17,528 nt of DNA from a bacterium. Its GTDB lineage: Bacteria; SAR324; NAC60-12. The DNA lies in contig CBDBHR010000013.1 in assembly GCA_965205865.1 (NCBI GenBank), positions 1 to 17,528 on the forward strand, read 5' to 3'. A program made the position numbers and the translations under genes. The notes below the pieces were generated by a model, which did no database searches, was not told where the DNA came from, and saw nothing but the letters and a program-made list of their open reading frames with translations. This document shows, in pieces, positions 7,751 to 16,196 of this stretch. How positions within the stretch are numbered: position 1 is the first letter of the stretch; the number at the start of each line of letters is the position of its first letter.

Positions 7751-9427
7751 ATGGTCGTTACCAATGCAAACTTTGCCAAAGATTTTATAACCCCTCTCGA
7801 GTGTCTTTATCACTGGGAAAAAGAGCGAGCCCATGCCAACTACTTGCACCAGCCCTGGAGCGATGGCAGAGTGGAGACTTTCAATTGGGGCCGGGTTATG
7901 AAAGAAGCCCGCAGCATGGCTGCCTATTTGCAGTCCTTGCGTCTGGAACCCAAAAGTAAGATCGCTTTGATGTCCTCCAACTGTGCCCATTGGTTCATGG
8001 CGGATTACGCCATCTGGATGGCGGGTCATGTCTCCGTACCCATCTATCCCACTTTGGCCAAAGACGACGTGAGCTATATTGTGGAACACAGTCAATCGCG
8101 AATCTTCTTTGCAGGAAAAATGGAACACTGGGATCAAATCAAACCCGGAATTTCCATCCCATGCCTTGCATTTCCCCACAACAGCGATTCCCAAATCCCT
8201 TCCTGGGAAAAAATTGTTGCTGAAACGGATCCCTTGTCCGGCAATCCCAATCGAGACATGGATGAATTGGCCAGTATCATTTATACTTCCGGAAGCACCG
8301 GAACGCCGAAGGGAGTGATGATCCATTTCCGGCATATGGCCATGGCTGAAATCGGATTCAAGGAAATTCTGGATTTATCGCCTGCCGACCGCATGATTTC
8401 CTATCTTCCCTTGTCCCATGTAGCCGAACGACACCTGGTGCAAATGGGCTCCGTCTATCGAGGTTTTGAGGTCTTCTTTGCCCACAGTCTGGAGACCTTT
8501 CTACAAGATCTGCAAAGGGCCCGTCCAACCTTGTTTTTCAGCGTACCGCGGCTTTGGACAAAGTTCCAAATGGGAGTTTGGGAAAAAGTACCTCAGAAGA
8601 AATTGGAAATGTTTCTGAGAATTCCCATTCTTTCTTATATTGTGAAAAAAAAGATTATGAAAGGATTGGGATTGGATGCGGTGCGCTATGCAGGAAGTGG
8701 AGCGGCACCCATCCCCCAGAGTTTATTGCAATGGTATCAAAAGTTGGGGTTGGAAATTATTGAAGGCTATGGGATGACTGAAAATTTCGCCTATTCCCAT
8801 GCCAATGAACCCGGCAATGTAAAATTCGGATCTGTGGGAAAAAACAACCCTTTGGTAGACACCAAAATTGATGAAAATGGCGAGATCCTGATCAAAAGTC
8901 CCACCAATATGGCAGGCTATTTCAAAGACCCTGAAAAAACCAAAGAAACCTTGACGGAGGATGGTTATCTACGCACCGGGGACATGGGGCGTTTCGATGA
9001 ACAGGGACGACTGACTTTAATTGGACGCGTGAAGGAGCAATTCAAAACCACGAAGGGGGAGTATATTGCTCCTGCCCCCATTGAAGATTCTATCATGAGG
9101 CATGAAAAAATTGAAATGGCCTGTGTTTGCGGAGCTGGAATGTCCCAACCCATCTGCCTCTTGAATCTCTCGGAACAAGGACAGCAGGAATATGTCAATG
9201 ATCAAAAAGCAATTGCTGATAATCTGGGGCAGTTTCTGGAACAGGTCAACAAGGACTTATTGAGCCATGAACGAATCGGTTATTTTGTAGTTGTGCCGGA
9301 ATCTTGGCAACCTACCAACGGATTCCTCACCCCCACCTTAAAAATCAAGCGCCATGTGATTGAAAAAGAATATGGCTCAAAATTCGAAGACTGGACAGCG
9401 AGGAAAGAACCGGTGATTTGTCTGTAG
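7751..9427 (+). CDS. Long-chain fatty acid--CoA ligase / AMP-binding protein
   Basis: IIYTSGSTGTPKG, SYLPLSHVAER, FFSVPRLWTKF, EGYGMTE, RTGDMG, GRVKEQFKT, LTPTLKIKR. SD AGGAG precedes ATG 7751. Confidence 0.93.
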   Translation: MVVTNANFAKDFITPLECLYHWEKERAHANYLHQPWSDGRVETFNWGRVMKEARSMAAYLQSLRLEPKSKIALMSSNCAHWFMADYAIWMAGHVSVPIYPTLAKDDVSYIVEHSQSRIFFAGKMEHWDQIKPGISIPCLAFPHNSDSQIPSWEKIVAETDPLSGNPNRDMDELASIIYTSGSTGTPKGVMIHFRHMAMAEIGFKEILDLSPADRMISYLPLSHVAERHLVQMGSVYRGFEVFFAHSLETFLQDLQRARPTLFFSVPRLWTKFQMGVWEKVPQKKLEMFLRIPILSYIVKKKIMKGLGLDAVRYAGSGAAPIPQSLLQWYQKLGLEIIEGYGMTENFAYSHANEPGNVKFGSVGKNNPLVDTKIDENGEILIKSPTNMAGYFKDPEKTKETLTEDGYLRTGDMGRFDEQGRLTLIGRVKEQFKTTKGEYIAPAPIEDSIMRHEKIEMACVCGAGMSQPICLLNLSEQGQQEYVNDQKAIADNLGQFLEQVNKDLLSHERIGYFVVVPESWQPTNGFLTPTLKIKRHVIEKEYGSKFEDWTARKEPVICL

Positions 9428-9468
9428 ATCATTACCTGAGAAAAGCCGGCGAAGGTCTTTTCCGCAAG

Positions 9469-10506
9469 CTAGACGAACGGCAATGAAATTGCCTGTTCCT
9501 CTCTCATGCTGAGGCTCACTGCTTCCGTGAACTCCATGTATTTGACGCCATCTTCAAAGGTCGTGTGCGTAACAAGCTCTTTCCCCTCAATGGCGCTGAT
9601 GAATTCTTCCTCCACTCGCCAACTTCCTTCTTCCTCGGGAGGGATGAGAATCTCTGCCAGGGATTTGTCGGAACGTTGTCCTCCGAGCAGTTTGTTGTCC
9701 ATAAATTTCAGGGTGCCCTGACTTCCGAAAAGGGTGAATTCGAGACCGGGTTGCAGTCCGGTGACATTGGAGATACTGAAACGTGCCTGGGCGCCACAAA
9801 CCATTTCAGCCAGCACATCCAGATGTTCCGGAATTTGCACGGAACGCAGCAAACCTGTTTGCGGATCTTTGCGCATTTTTACAAAAGTCTTTCCCATCGC
9901 CATCACTTTGCTGGCAGGGCCAATCCAGCGTATGATGGCTTCATAGAAAATTCCCATTGTCATGATATTGAGACCACTGAGTTCGATGTCGTGACGCCAA
10001 TGCAGAGGAGCATCCCTGTCTATGAAGTTGCCGTAATGCTTGACTTCAATGGCCAGGATGTCTCCTAAAAAACCACTTGCAATCAAACGCTTTATCGTAT
10101 TGTCCACTTTCAGAGTGAAAGGGGAAGGGACAATCTGAGTGATCAGATTTTGTTTGGCAAGTGCCGCATCCAACATCGCACGGGCTTGATGGGAATCCAT
10201 TGCCATGCGCGCTTCACACAAAACATGTTTATCGGCATTTAGCGCTGCCAAAGTCATTGGGCAATGGGTATAAGGCCAAGTTCCAATGACAATCGCATCG
10301 GTGTCCGTAGCCTCGATCAATTGTGACCAGTGCTCGTAAATGGCCGGGATATTGAATTGGTCTGCAATTTTCTTTGAGGACTCATAGCTGCGATTACAAA
10401 CACTGATTATTTCAACACCCTCAAGGACCTGCAAACCAGGGATGTGGAATTTTGTGGTGTTGGCTCCGGCGCCAATCACGCCAATACGAATCATTTCACT
10501 ACTCAT
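9469..10506 (-). CDS. Gfo/Idh/MocA family NAD(P)-dependent oxidoreductase
   Basis: IRIGVIGAG Rossmann start, DAIVIGTWPYTH, KHVLCEARMA (variant of CEKP). Confidence 0.9.
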   Translation of the reverse strand: MSSEMIRIGVIGAGANTTKFHIPGLQVLEGVEIISVCNRSYESSKKIADQFNIPAIYEHWSQLIEATDTDAIVIGTWPYTHCPMTLAALNADKHVLCEARMAMDSHQARAMLDAALAKQNLITQIVPSPFTLKVDNTIKRLIASGFLGDILAIEVKHYGNFIDRDAPLHWRHDIELSGLNIMTMGIFYEAIIRWIGPASKVMAMGKTFVKMRKDPQTGLLRSVQIPEHLDVLAEMVCGAQARFSISNVTGLQPGLEFTLFGSQGTLKFMDNKLLGGQRSDKSLAEILIPPEEEGSWRVEEEFISAIEGKELVTHTTFEDGVKYMEFTEAVSLSMREEQAISLPFV

Positions 10507-10588
10507 AGAGATTTTCCCGTGTAAAAGAAAAAGGGATTTGCAGTCTCAAAAAGAGCAACCACGGTATAAATTTTGTCTTTGATCAAGC

Positions 10589-11536
10589 TCAGTCTTCTTT
10601 CCTCGAATCCAGTCCGGCGGATTTCAAGAGGGTTTCCAATTGGCTGAGATCAGCAGGCAATAAGACGTTGGTGTCTCCTTTGGCAAGTTGACCAAACTGA
10701 GTTAAATATTTTTTGCTCAGTTGCAGACGAATGGATTCGTCACCATGCTCTTGAGTGATGGCCTTTCCGACTTGCGTAATAGATTGGGCAGTGGCGCTGG
10801 CAATGGCCCGGATTGCCTGTGCTTTTCCTTCTGCTTCATTGATCTGCCGCTGCTTTTCTCCTTCCGATTGATTGATCAATTCCATTTTCTCACCTTCGGA
10901 ACGATTGATTCGGCTGATCATCTGTCCTTCCGATTCGGCAATGATCGCTCTCCGTTTTCGCTCGGCGGAGGCTTGCTTTTCCATGGAATCTTTCACGGTA
11001 TCGGGAGGAACAATGCTTTTGATCTCATAACGATTCACATGAATGCCCCAAAGATTACTGGCTTCATTCAAAACGTCGACCACTCGGGCGCTGATAAAAT
11101 CTCGTTCTTCAAAGGTTCGATCCAGTTCCAACGTTCCAATGATGGAACGAATTGTGGTTTGCGCCAGTTGGATAGCCGCTTCGTGGTAATCGATGACACC
11201 GTAACTGGCTTTGCGAGGCGCTTCCACTTGGAGATACATGACACCATCGACCTCCACTTTCACATTATCCTTTGTAAAGCACTCTTGTGGCAACACTTCA
11301 ATGGATTGCTCCTTTTCATTCTGTTTGTATGCCACCTTATCCACAAAGGGAATCAAGGTATGCAAACCCGGATCGAGCGTACGATGATACTTGCCGAAAC
11401 GCTCCACGATATAGGAGGTTTTTGTGGGAACGAATTGGATGGCTCTGATAAACTGAATGACGAAAATCAGAAAAATCACACCCCAAAATATAAAGTTGAA
11501 ACTGTCTACTAAATCAATTCCTCCAAACCAATCCAT
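10589..11536 (-). CDS. SPFH/Band 7 (stomatin-like, QmcA/paraslipin type) protein, paralogue 2
   Basis: N-terminal TM helix, IVERFGKY..L.PG...IPFVD, TKDNV.V.VDG, LAQTTIRS.IG.LELD.TF.ER, WGI...RYEIK, AER.RRA.I..SEG. Confidence 0.93.
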   Translation of the reverse strand: MDWFGGIDLVDSFNFIFWGVIFLIFVIQFIRAIQFVPTKTSYIVERFGKYHRTLDPGLHTLIPFVDKVAYKQNEKEQSIEVLPQECFTKDNVKVEVDGVMYLQVEAPRKASYGVIDYHEAAIQLAQTTIRSIIGTLELDRTFEERDFISARVVDVLNEASNLWGIHVNRYEIKSIVPPDTVKDSMEKQASAERKRRAIIAESEGQMISRINRSEGEKMELINQSEGEKQRQINEAEGKAQAIRAIASATAQSITQVGKAITQEHGDESIRLQLSKKYLTQFGQLAKGDTNVLLPADLSQLETLLKSAGLDSRKED

Positions 11537-11601
11537 GATATTTCCTCATCTAAATGTTAATTCATAACAGTCTTCATTCCCCCCTCGGACTCCTCCTGCT
11601 T

Positions 11602-12525
11602 TTACCCCTTTTTTTCTGCGGAGGGAATGCTGTCTGCCACTTGATTGATACCTTCAAAAAACCCTTTGATGTTCGCCAGTTGCGCCGGTACAACCGATAC
11701 GTTGGCATTTTGCACTATTTCGCCAAATTCCTCGATAAAATGTTCCTTGATCTGCATAGCCACCGCTTCATTGCCTCCCGGTGTTGCGATAGCCTGGGCA
11801 ATGACAGTGACTCCATAGGCTGTGGCTTCTGCTATCAATTGAATTTCTTGGGCTTTTCCTTCGGATTCGTTGATGCGCAGAACCCGTTCGCCTTCTGATA
11901 AATTGATCTTTTCCTGACGCTCTGCACTGGAGGCGTTGATGGTAGCTTGCTTCTGGGCTTCGGCTAAAGTGATTTCCGCTCGTTTTTCCCGTTCTGCTTC
12001 CATTTGCTGTTCCAAGGTGGCAATCATCGTGTTGGAGGGTGTGATGTCCTTGATTTCGTAGCGCAGTACTTTTATGCCCCAGGGATTGGAAGCGTTGTCG
12101 ATTCCCTTGACAACATTTTCATTCAAGCTGTCTCTTTCTGAAAAAGTCTGGTCCAGACTCAACTTACCGATTTCCGAGCGCATTGTAGTCTGTGCCAGAT
12201 TGGTGCTGGCCTGGACATAATCTTCAATGCCATAACAGGCTCTGTAAGAGTCCATTACTTTCAAGTAGACCACCCCATCGACGCTCATTTGGATGTTGTC
12301 TTGTGAAATGCAATTTTGTTTGTCCACGTCATAGAATTGTTCCCGCATGTCCACTTTATAGGCGATCTTGTCAATCAAAGGAATCAAGAGGTGAAATCCG
12401 GGATCCAACACTTTTTGAAACTTACCAAAGCGCTCTTTGATCATGCACTGGTGATTGGGAACAATGACCAGGGAAAGCTTCAGGATGATTAAGATTGCAA
12501 TCATTAAGAGAGTGAGAATCGTCAT
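11602..12525 (-). CDS. SPFH/Band 7 (stomatin-like, QmcA/paraslipin type) protein, paralogue 1
   Basis: ERFGKF..L.PG...IPLID, DNI...VDG, LAQTTMRSEIGKL.LD.TFSER, WGIKVLRYEIKDITP, QMEAEREKRA. Confidence 0.93.
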   Translation of the reverse strand: MTILTLLMIAILIILKLSLVIVPNHQCMIKERFGKFQKVLDPGFHLLIPLIDKIAYKVDMREQFYDVDKQNCISQDNIQMSVDGVVYLKVMDSYRACYGIEDYVQASTNLAQTTMRSEIGKLSLDQTFSERDSLNENVVKGIDNASNPWGIKVLRYEIKDITPSNTMIATLEQQMEAEREKRAEITLAEAQKQATINASSAERQEKINLSEGERVLRINESEGKAQEIQLIAEATAYGVTVIAQAIATPGGNEAVAMQIKEHFIEEFGEIVQNANVSVVPAQLANIKGFFEGINQVADSIPSAEKKG

Positions 12526-12534
12526 AATTTCCTT

Positions 12535-13008
12535 TCATGAATCATAGGATGGAATATTTTCCGGAGCATAAGCCTCGACGAACCAGACCAATTCTTCCCG
12601 CTCTATCAGTTTCACTTTTTCGCCTGGAGGAATGGTGCCCGTGCCGGTGGTTGCTGCCCAGGTAGTGCCACGCAAACGGATGCGCCCTTTTTCATGCTGA
12701 GGACTGATTTCTTCCACCACCTCGGCGATTTCGCCAAAAGCATCCAGATCCTCATCTGCGTATTCGATATGGCTTTCACTGGGAAATAACTTGGTCAGCG
12801 TCCCTCGAAATAGGAGAACCATGCCCATGGAGAGCGCAAACCAATAAGTGAAAGAGTCCATCAAGCTATCAATCCACCCGGTCCAACGTCCCAACGCGAT
12901 GATAATCGCACTGGTTCCTAAAAATGCCACCACGGCGCCTGGAATGACGATTTCCGAAAGGATCAATATTATTCCGGCAATGAGCCAGATCCAAGTAATC
13001 ATATCCAT
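12535..13008 (-). CDS. Short NfeD family membrane protein (YbbJ-like)
   Basis: W.WLIAG.IL..SEI..PG TM region and C-terminal OB-fold pattern GRIRLRGTTWAA...GEKV; directly upstream of the SPFH genes; SD GGAGG. Confidence 0.9.
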   Translation of the reverse strand: MDMITWIWLIAGIILILSEIVIPGAVVAFLGTSAIIIALGRWTGWIDSLMDSFTYWFALSMGMVLLFRGTLTKLFPSESHIEYADEDLDAFGEIAEVVEEISPQHEKGRIRLRGTTWAATTGTGTIPPGEKVKLIEREELVWFVEAYAPENIPSYDS

Positions 13009-13083
13009 GGATGAACCTCCTGAATGAACTGCGTTTGACCAGATATCAAGCCATTCACGGGGTCATAACGAACAATAATTAAT

Positions 13084-13131
13084 ACATTCTATAATGTTCT
13101 CAGATTTTTCTCAAGCATATTCTTGCTTGAG
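13084..13131 (-). promoter_or_regulatory. Putative sigma70 promoter of the nfeD-SPFH operon with overlapping palindromes
   Basis: Minus strand TTGAGA (13114-13109)-N17-TAGAAT (13091-13086). CTCAAGCA-N6-TGCTTGAG (13110-13131) overlaps the -35 box and ACATT-N4-AATGT (13084-13097) overlaps the -10 box. Confidence 0.5.
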
Positions 13132-13146
13132 CGCAGTCGTTACTCT

Positions 13147-13282
13147 TCAATTAACACCAACCGCTTTTCGCATCTGCCGCATCATTGGTGTCTCAATCTC
13201 GCGGAGGGCTTGAACGGCGCCCGCAAAAAAACCGGTCAATGTACTCACGGTCTTTCAATAAATTTCTCAGGCATCTCCGCAT
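13147..13282 (-). pseudogene. Probable degraded 3' fragment of a tryptophanyl-tRNA synthetase gene
   Basis: Reads NLLKDREYIDRFF, then shifts frame at a T7 run to AGAVQALREIETPMMRQMRKAVGVN*. This resembles the TrpRS C-terminal helix pattern (L..GA..AR.IA.P....R.AVG). Recognised by eye only. Confidence 0.45.
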
Positions 13283-13412
13283 CGATCACGTTATGGTTAC
13301 TCATTGGCGTCTCTTTACTACTATGATGTTCTTCTTATTGCAATTGAATTCCAGTAACAGGATACGCTACCTTTTCACTACGCTCCGTAAGGCAAGTTTC
13401 GCTATCAGACGT

Positions 13413-14108
13413 TCAACTAAGTGGCGTGGACTCGGACGTGAAAGTGGAAGAAAGGTGGCTGGTGTCATTGAAACGCCGTAAAACCAGCTGTTTCCCTTCA
13501 GCGACGATATGACTGATGGAGGCGTTGTCGACTGAGTTAAAAGCAAAGGCGCGAGACTCGGTGACTTGTGAGAGAATCTGGGAAATTACGCCTCCATGGC
13601 TGACAATCATCACCGTCTGGTCGGGATGAGCCGTCACAATCCTCTTCATCGCCACTTGGATTCGAGAATTCAGCTGATCTCCGGACTCGGCACCCGGAAT
13701 AACACCCCAGTCTTGTTGTCGCAACAGTTCCAGATAGAGAGGGTCCGGTTCAGCAGCCTTGTTGCGGAACAGACCTCCTTCCCATTCTCCGAGATGCACT
13801 TCCCGCAGGTCCTTTTCCATACCTGGAGTAAGCTTCAAGCGACGAGCCAAAGGCGCAGCGGTCTCGGCAGTGCGGCGCATGTTTGTCACATAGATGGCGT
13901 CAATCGGCTCGATTGATAAACGTTCATCCAGACGCAGCGCTTGTCTTCTGCCTTCCTCGGACAGTTCCGGATCGCCCTGTCCGTCCACTAAATCAAAAGG
14001 ATCTTCCAAAGAGGCAGCTCCGGATTGGCCATGACGGACCAGCAAAATATCGGTCGCCCCGCGAGGTTTGAGATAGCGATGTTGGGGATAACTTTTCTTT
14101 TCAGTCAT
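13413..14108 (-). CDS. Histidine phosphatase (phosphoglycerate mutase superfamily)
   Basis: ILLVRHGQS, DPELS..GR.QA, LREVHLGEWEG, GAES, IVSHGGVI, NASIS, RFNDTSHL. An alternative start at 14165 lies just after the lpdA stop. Confidence 0.92.
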   Translation of the reverse strand: MTEKKSYPQHRYLKPRGATDILLVRHGQSGAASLEDPFDLVDGQGDPELSEEGRRQALRLDERLSIEPIDAIYVTNMRRTAETAAPLARRLKLTPGMEKDLREVHLGEWEGGLFRNKAAEPDPLYLELLRQQDWGVIPGAESGDQLNSRIQVAMKRIVTAHPDQTVMIVSHGGVISQILSQVTESRAFAFNSVDNASISHIVAEGKQLVLRRFNDTSHLSSTFTSESTPLS

Positions 14109-14168
14109 AATTGATTGCAGATTAAGGAATAGGATCCAATCGTCCGTGGTAGATATCGTTCCCATGTT

Positions 14169-15986
14169 TCAAGTGGGAACGTTCATTTTCTTTTTAGGCA
14201 GGTAAAGGTCCGTGATGGTGCCTTCGAAGGCTTCTGCCGACATGGCAATTGTTTCCGATAAGGTCGGATGTGGATGGACGGTCAAACCAATGTCCTGCGC
14301 ATCGCATCCCATTTCAATGGCAAGCGCGACCTCGGCAATCAAATCACTTGCGTGGGGACCGACAATTCCGGCTCCAATCACTTGTTTGGTTTCTTCATCA
14401 AAGATCAATTTGGTCAGACCTTCATCGCGACCGAGGCTCAAAGAACGGCCACTGGCTGCCCAGGGAAATACCCCTTTGCCGACCTTGCGGTTTTTTGCTT
14501 TGGCTTCTGTTTCAGTGAGTCCAAGCCAAGCCACTTCAGGATTCGTGTAAGCGACTGAAGGGATGACTTTGGCCTCAAATCCACTCTTCATCCCGGCTGC
14601 CACTTCTGCAGCCACTTTGCCTTCATGGATTGCCTTGTGAGCCAGCATGGGTTCTCCGACGATATCGCCAACAGCAAAAATATGAGAGATATTGGTGCGC
14701 TGTTGCCGGTCCACTGGAATGAAGCCTTGCTCATCCACCCGCACCCCTGCTTTTTCGGCATCAATCATTTTGCCATTAGGACGGCGACCGACGGCCACGA
14801 GTACTCGGTCGAACAGGTCGGACGTCGAAGTTTTTTCTCCTTCCAGGGAAACATGGACCCCCTCAAGACGTGTTTCCATGAGGACAATTTTGGTTTTCAG
14901 ATAAATATTTTCATATTGCTTTTTGACGCGTTTATACAAGGGTTTGACGATGTCCTTGTCTGCCACTGGAATGAGGGAATCCATCAACTCCACGACGGTG
15001 ATTTTAGATCCCAGTTCAAAATAAACGGTTGCCATTTCCATACCGATGATGCCTCCACCCACCACCAGCAGCCGCTTGGGAATATCGGCCAATTGCAGAG
15101 CCCCCGTCGAGCTGCTCACTCGTGGATCATGGTGTGGAAATCCAGGAATTTGAAATGCTTGCGATCCGGCGGCGATAATTGCTTGGTCGAAGGAAATTGT
15201 TTTTTTTTCGCCCTCCATTTCCACATTCAGTTGGTGGGGGGAGGTGAAGCGTCCGAATCCTTGAATGACCTGAACTTTCCGTTGCCGGGCCAGTGACCCT
15301 AAACCGCCTGTCAAGCGCTGAACCACGCCGGATTTCCAAGCCCTCAGTTTGTCGATATCGATGTTTGAAAGGTTGAAATCAAGTCCATGTTCGCTCATTT
15401 CTTTGCTTTCCGCGATCACTTTCGCAGCGTGCAGCAGCGCTTTGGAAGGAATGCAACCAACGTTCAGGCAGACGCCTCCCAAGGAAGGAAAACGCTCCAC
15501 GAGTAACGTTTTTTTCCCGAGATCCGCTGCTCGAAAGGCCGCCGTGTAACCACCGGGACCGGAACCTAAAACCAGCACTTCAGCATGCATGTCACTGACT
15601 GTCATCGAAGTCGTTGGAGCACCTGCGCCGACAGGCGGCGAGTCGAAGTGAGGAGATTGCCCAGGCGTTTGGGCTGGCTCTTCCCACGGTATCTTCTGAT
15701 CAATCGGGCGGGAACCCTCAGGCCGCCCTGCGCCGGCTGCGACGTTTACTACGTCCAGGGTGAGAATAACGGCGCCTTGCGAGACTCTATCTCCTGTTTT
15801 CACTCGCATTTCTTGGATAGTACCGCTTTCGGGAGACGGTATTTCCATCGTGGCTTTATCGCTTTCCAGAACAATCAGGGAATTTTCCACTTCAATCTGA
15901 TTGCCTGCCGAGACCAGCACTTCAATGATTTCGACATTTTCAAAATCACCAATGTTAGGTACTTTGACTTCAATGATGTCGCTCAT
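14169..15986 (-). CDS. lpdA: Dihydrolipoyl dehydrogenase (E3) with N-terminal lipoyl domain
   Basis: Lipoyl domain (VPNIGD...LESDKATMEIPS), GSGPGGY, GGVCLNVGCIPSKAL, GGGIIG, HPHPTLSE. Natural start MSDIIEVKVP at 15986; upstream in-frame codons derive from the inserted element. Confidence 0.97.
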   Translation of the reverse strand: MSDIIEVKVPNIGDFENVEIIEVLVSAGNQIEVENSLIVLESDKATMEIPSPESGTIQEMRVKTGDRVSQGAVILTLDVVNVAAGAGRPEGSRPIDQKIPWEEPAQTPGQSPHFDSPPVGAGAPTTSMTVSDMHAEVLVLGSGPGGYTAAFRAADLGKKTLLVERFPSLGGVCLNVGCIPSKALLHAAKVIAESKEMSEHGLDFNLSNIDIDKLRAWKSGVVQRLTGGLGSLARQRKVQVIQGFGRFTSPHQLNVEMEGEKKTISFDQAIIAAGSQAFQIPGFPHHDPRVSSSTGALQLADIPKRLLVVGGGIIGMEMATVYFELGSKITVVELMDSLIPVADKDIVKPLYKRVKKQYENIYLKTKIVLMETRLEGVHVSLEGEKTSTSDLFDRVLVAVGRRPNGKMIDAEKAGVRVDEQGFIPVDRQQRTNISHIFAVGDIVGEPMLAHKAIHEGKVAAEVAAGMKSGFEAKVIPSVAYTNPEVAWLGLTETEAKAKNRKVGKGVFPWAASGRSLSLGRDEGLTKLIFDEETKQVIGAGIVGPHASDLIAEVALAIEMGCDAQDIGLTVHPHPTLSETIAMSAEAFEGTITDLYLPKKKMNVPT

Positions 15987-15987
15987 A

Positions 15988-16145
15988 GGAACAAACCTAA
16001 AATAACCTGTAATTCTTCCAATGGTGTGAGCAAAATTGGGGGACATGTACACCGCTGCGCATCCCAATTCTACTGTTTTATGCCTGCTGTTACGTGTACC
16101 CTAATTTTGCGTATCCATACTTCTAACTTATTTAAATTTCATTCC
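15988..16145 (-). mobile_element. MITE-like element, copy 2 (158 bp), inserted at the lpdA start codon
   Basis: The reverse complement matches 4013-4166 with 5 substitutions and one 4-bp indel (manual alignment). Flanked by a direct repeat ATA on + (TAT on -) at 15985-15987 and 16146-16148. Confidence 0.85.
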
Positions 16146-16196
16146 ATAATTTCTCCTCCCACCGTATCCTCCGATCGATCGGATGGGGAACCTCTT

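Noticed and set aside
10721-11512. Long antisense ORFs (e.g. 10721-11512, 146-799, 14625-15296, 15585-16223)
   Set aside because: Shadow frames of well-supported genes on the opposite strand with no recognisable motifs.
14169-15986. Lipoyl-domain fusion to E3 as a novelty
   Set aside because: Already described in several bacteria (e.g. Neisseria and Ralstonia/Cupriavidus PDH E3).
15987-16067. 27-aa N-terminal extension of LpdA in the ORF track
   Set aside because: Derived from the inserted element; homology begins at MSDIIEVKVP (15986).
16170-16183. Perfect 14-bp palindrome TCCGATCGATCGGA between aceF and the MITE
   Set aside because: Single occurrence with no loop or U-tract; no supportable function.
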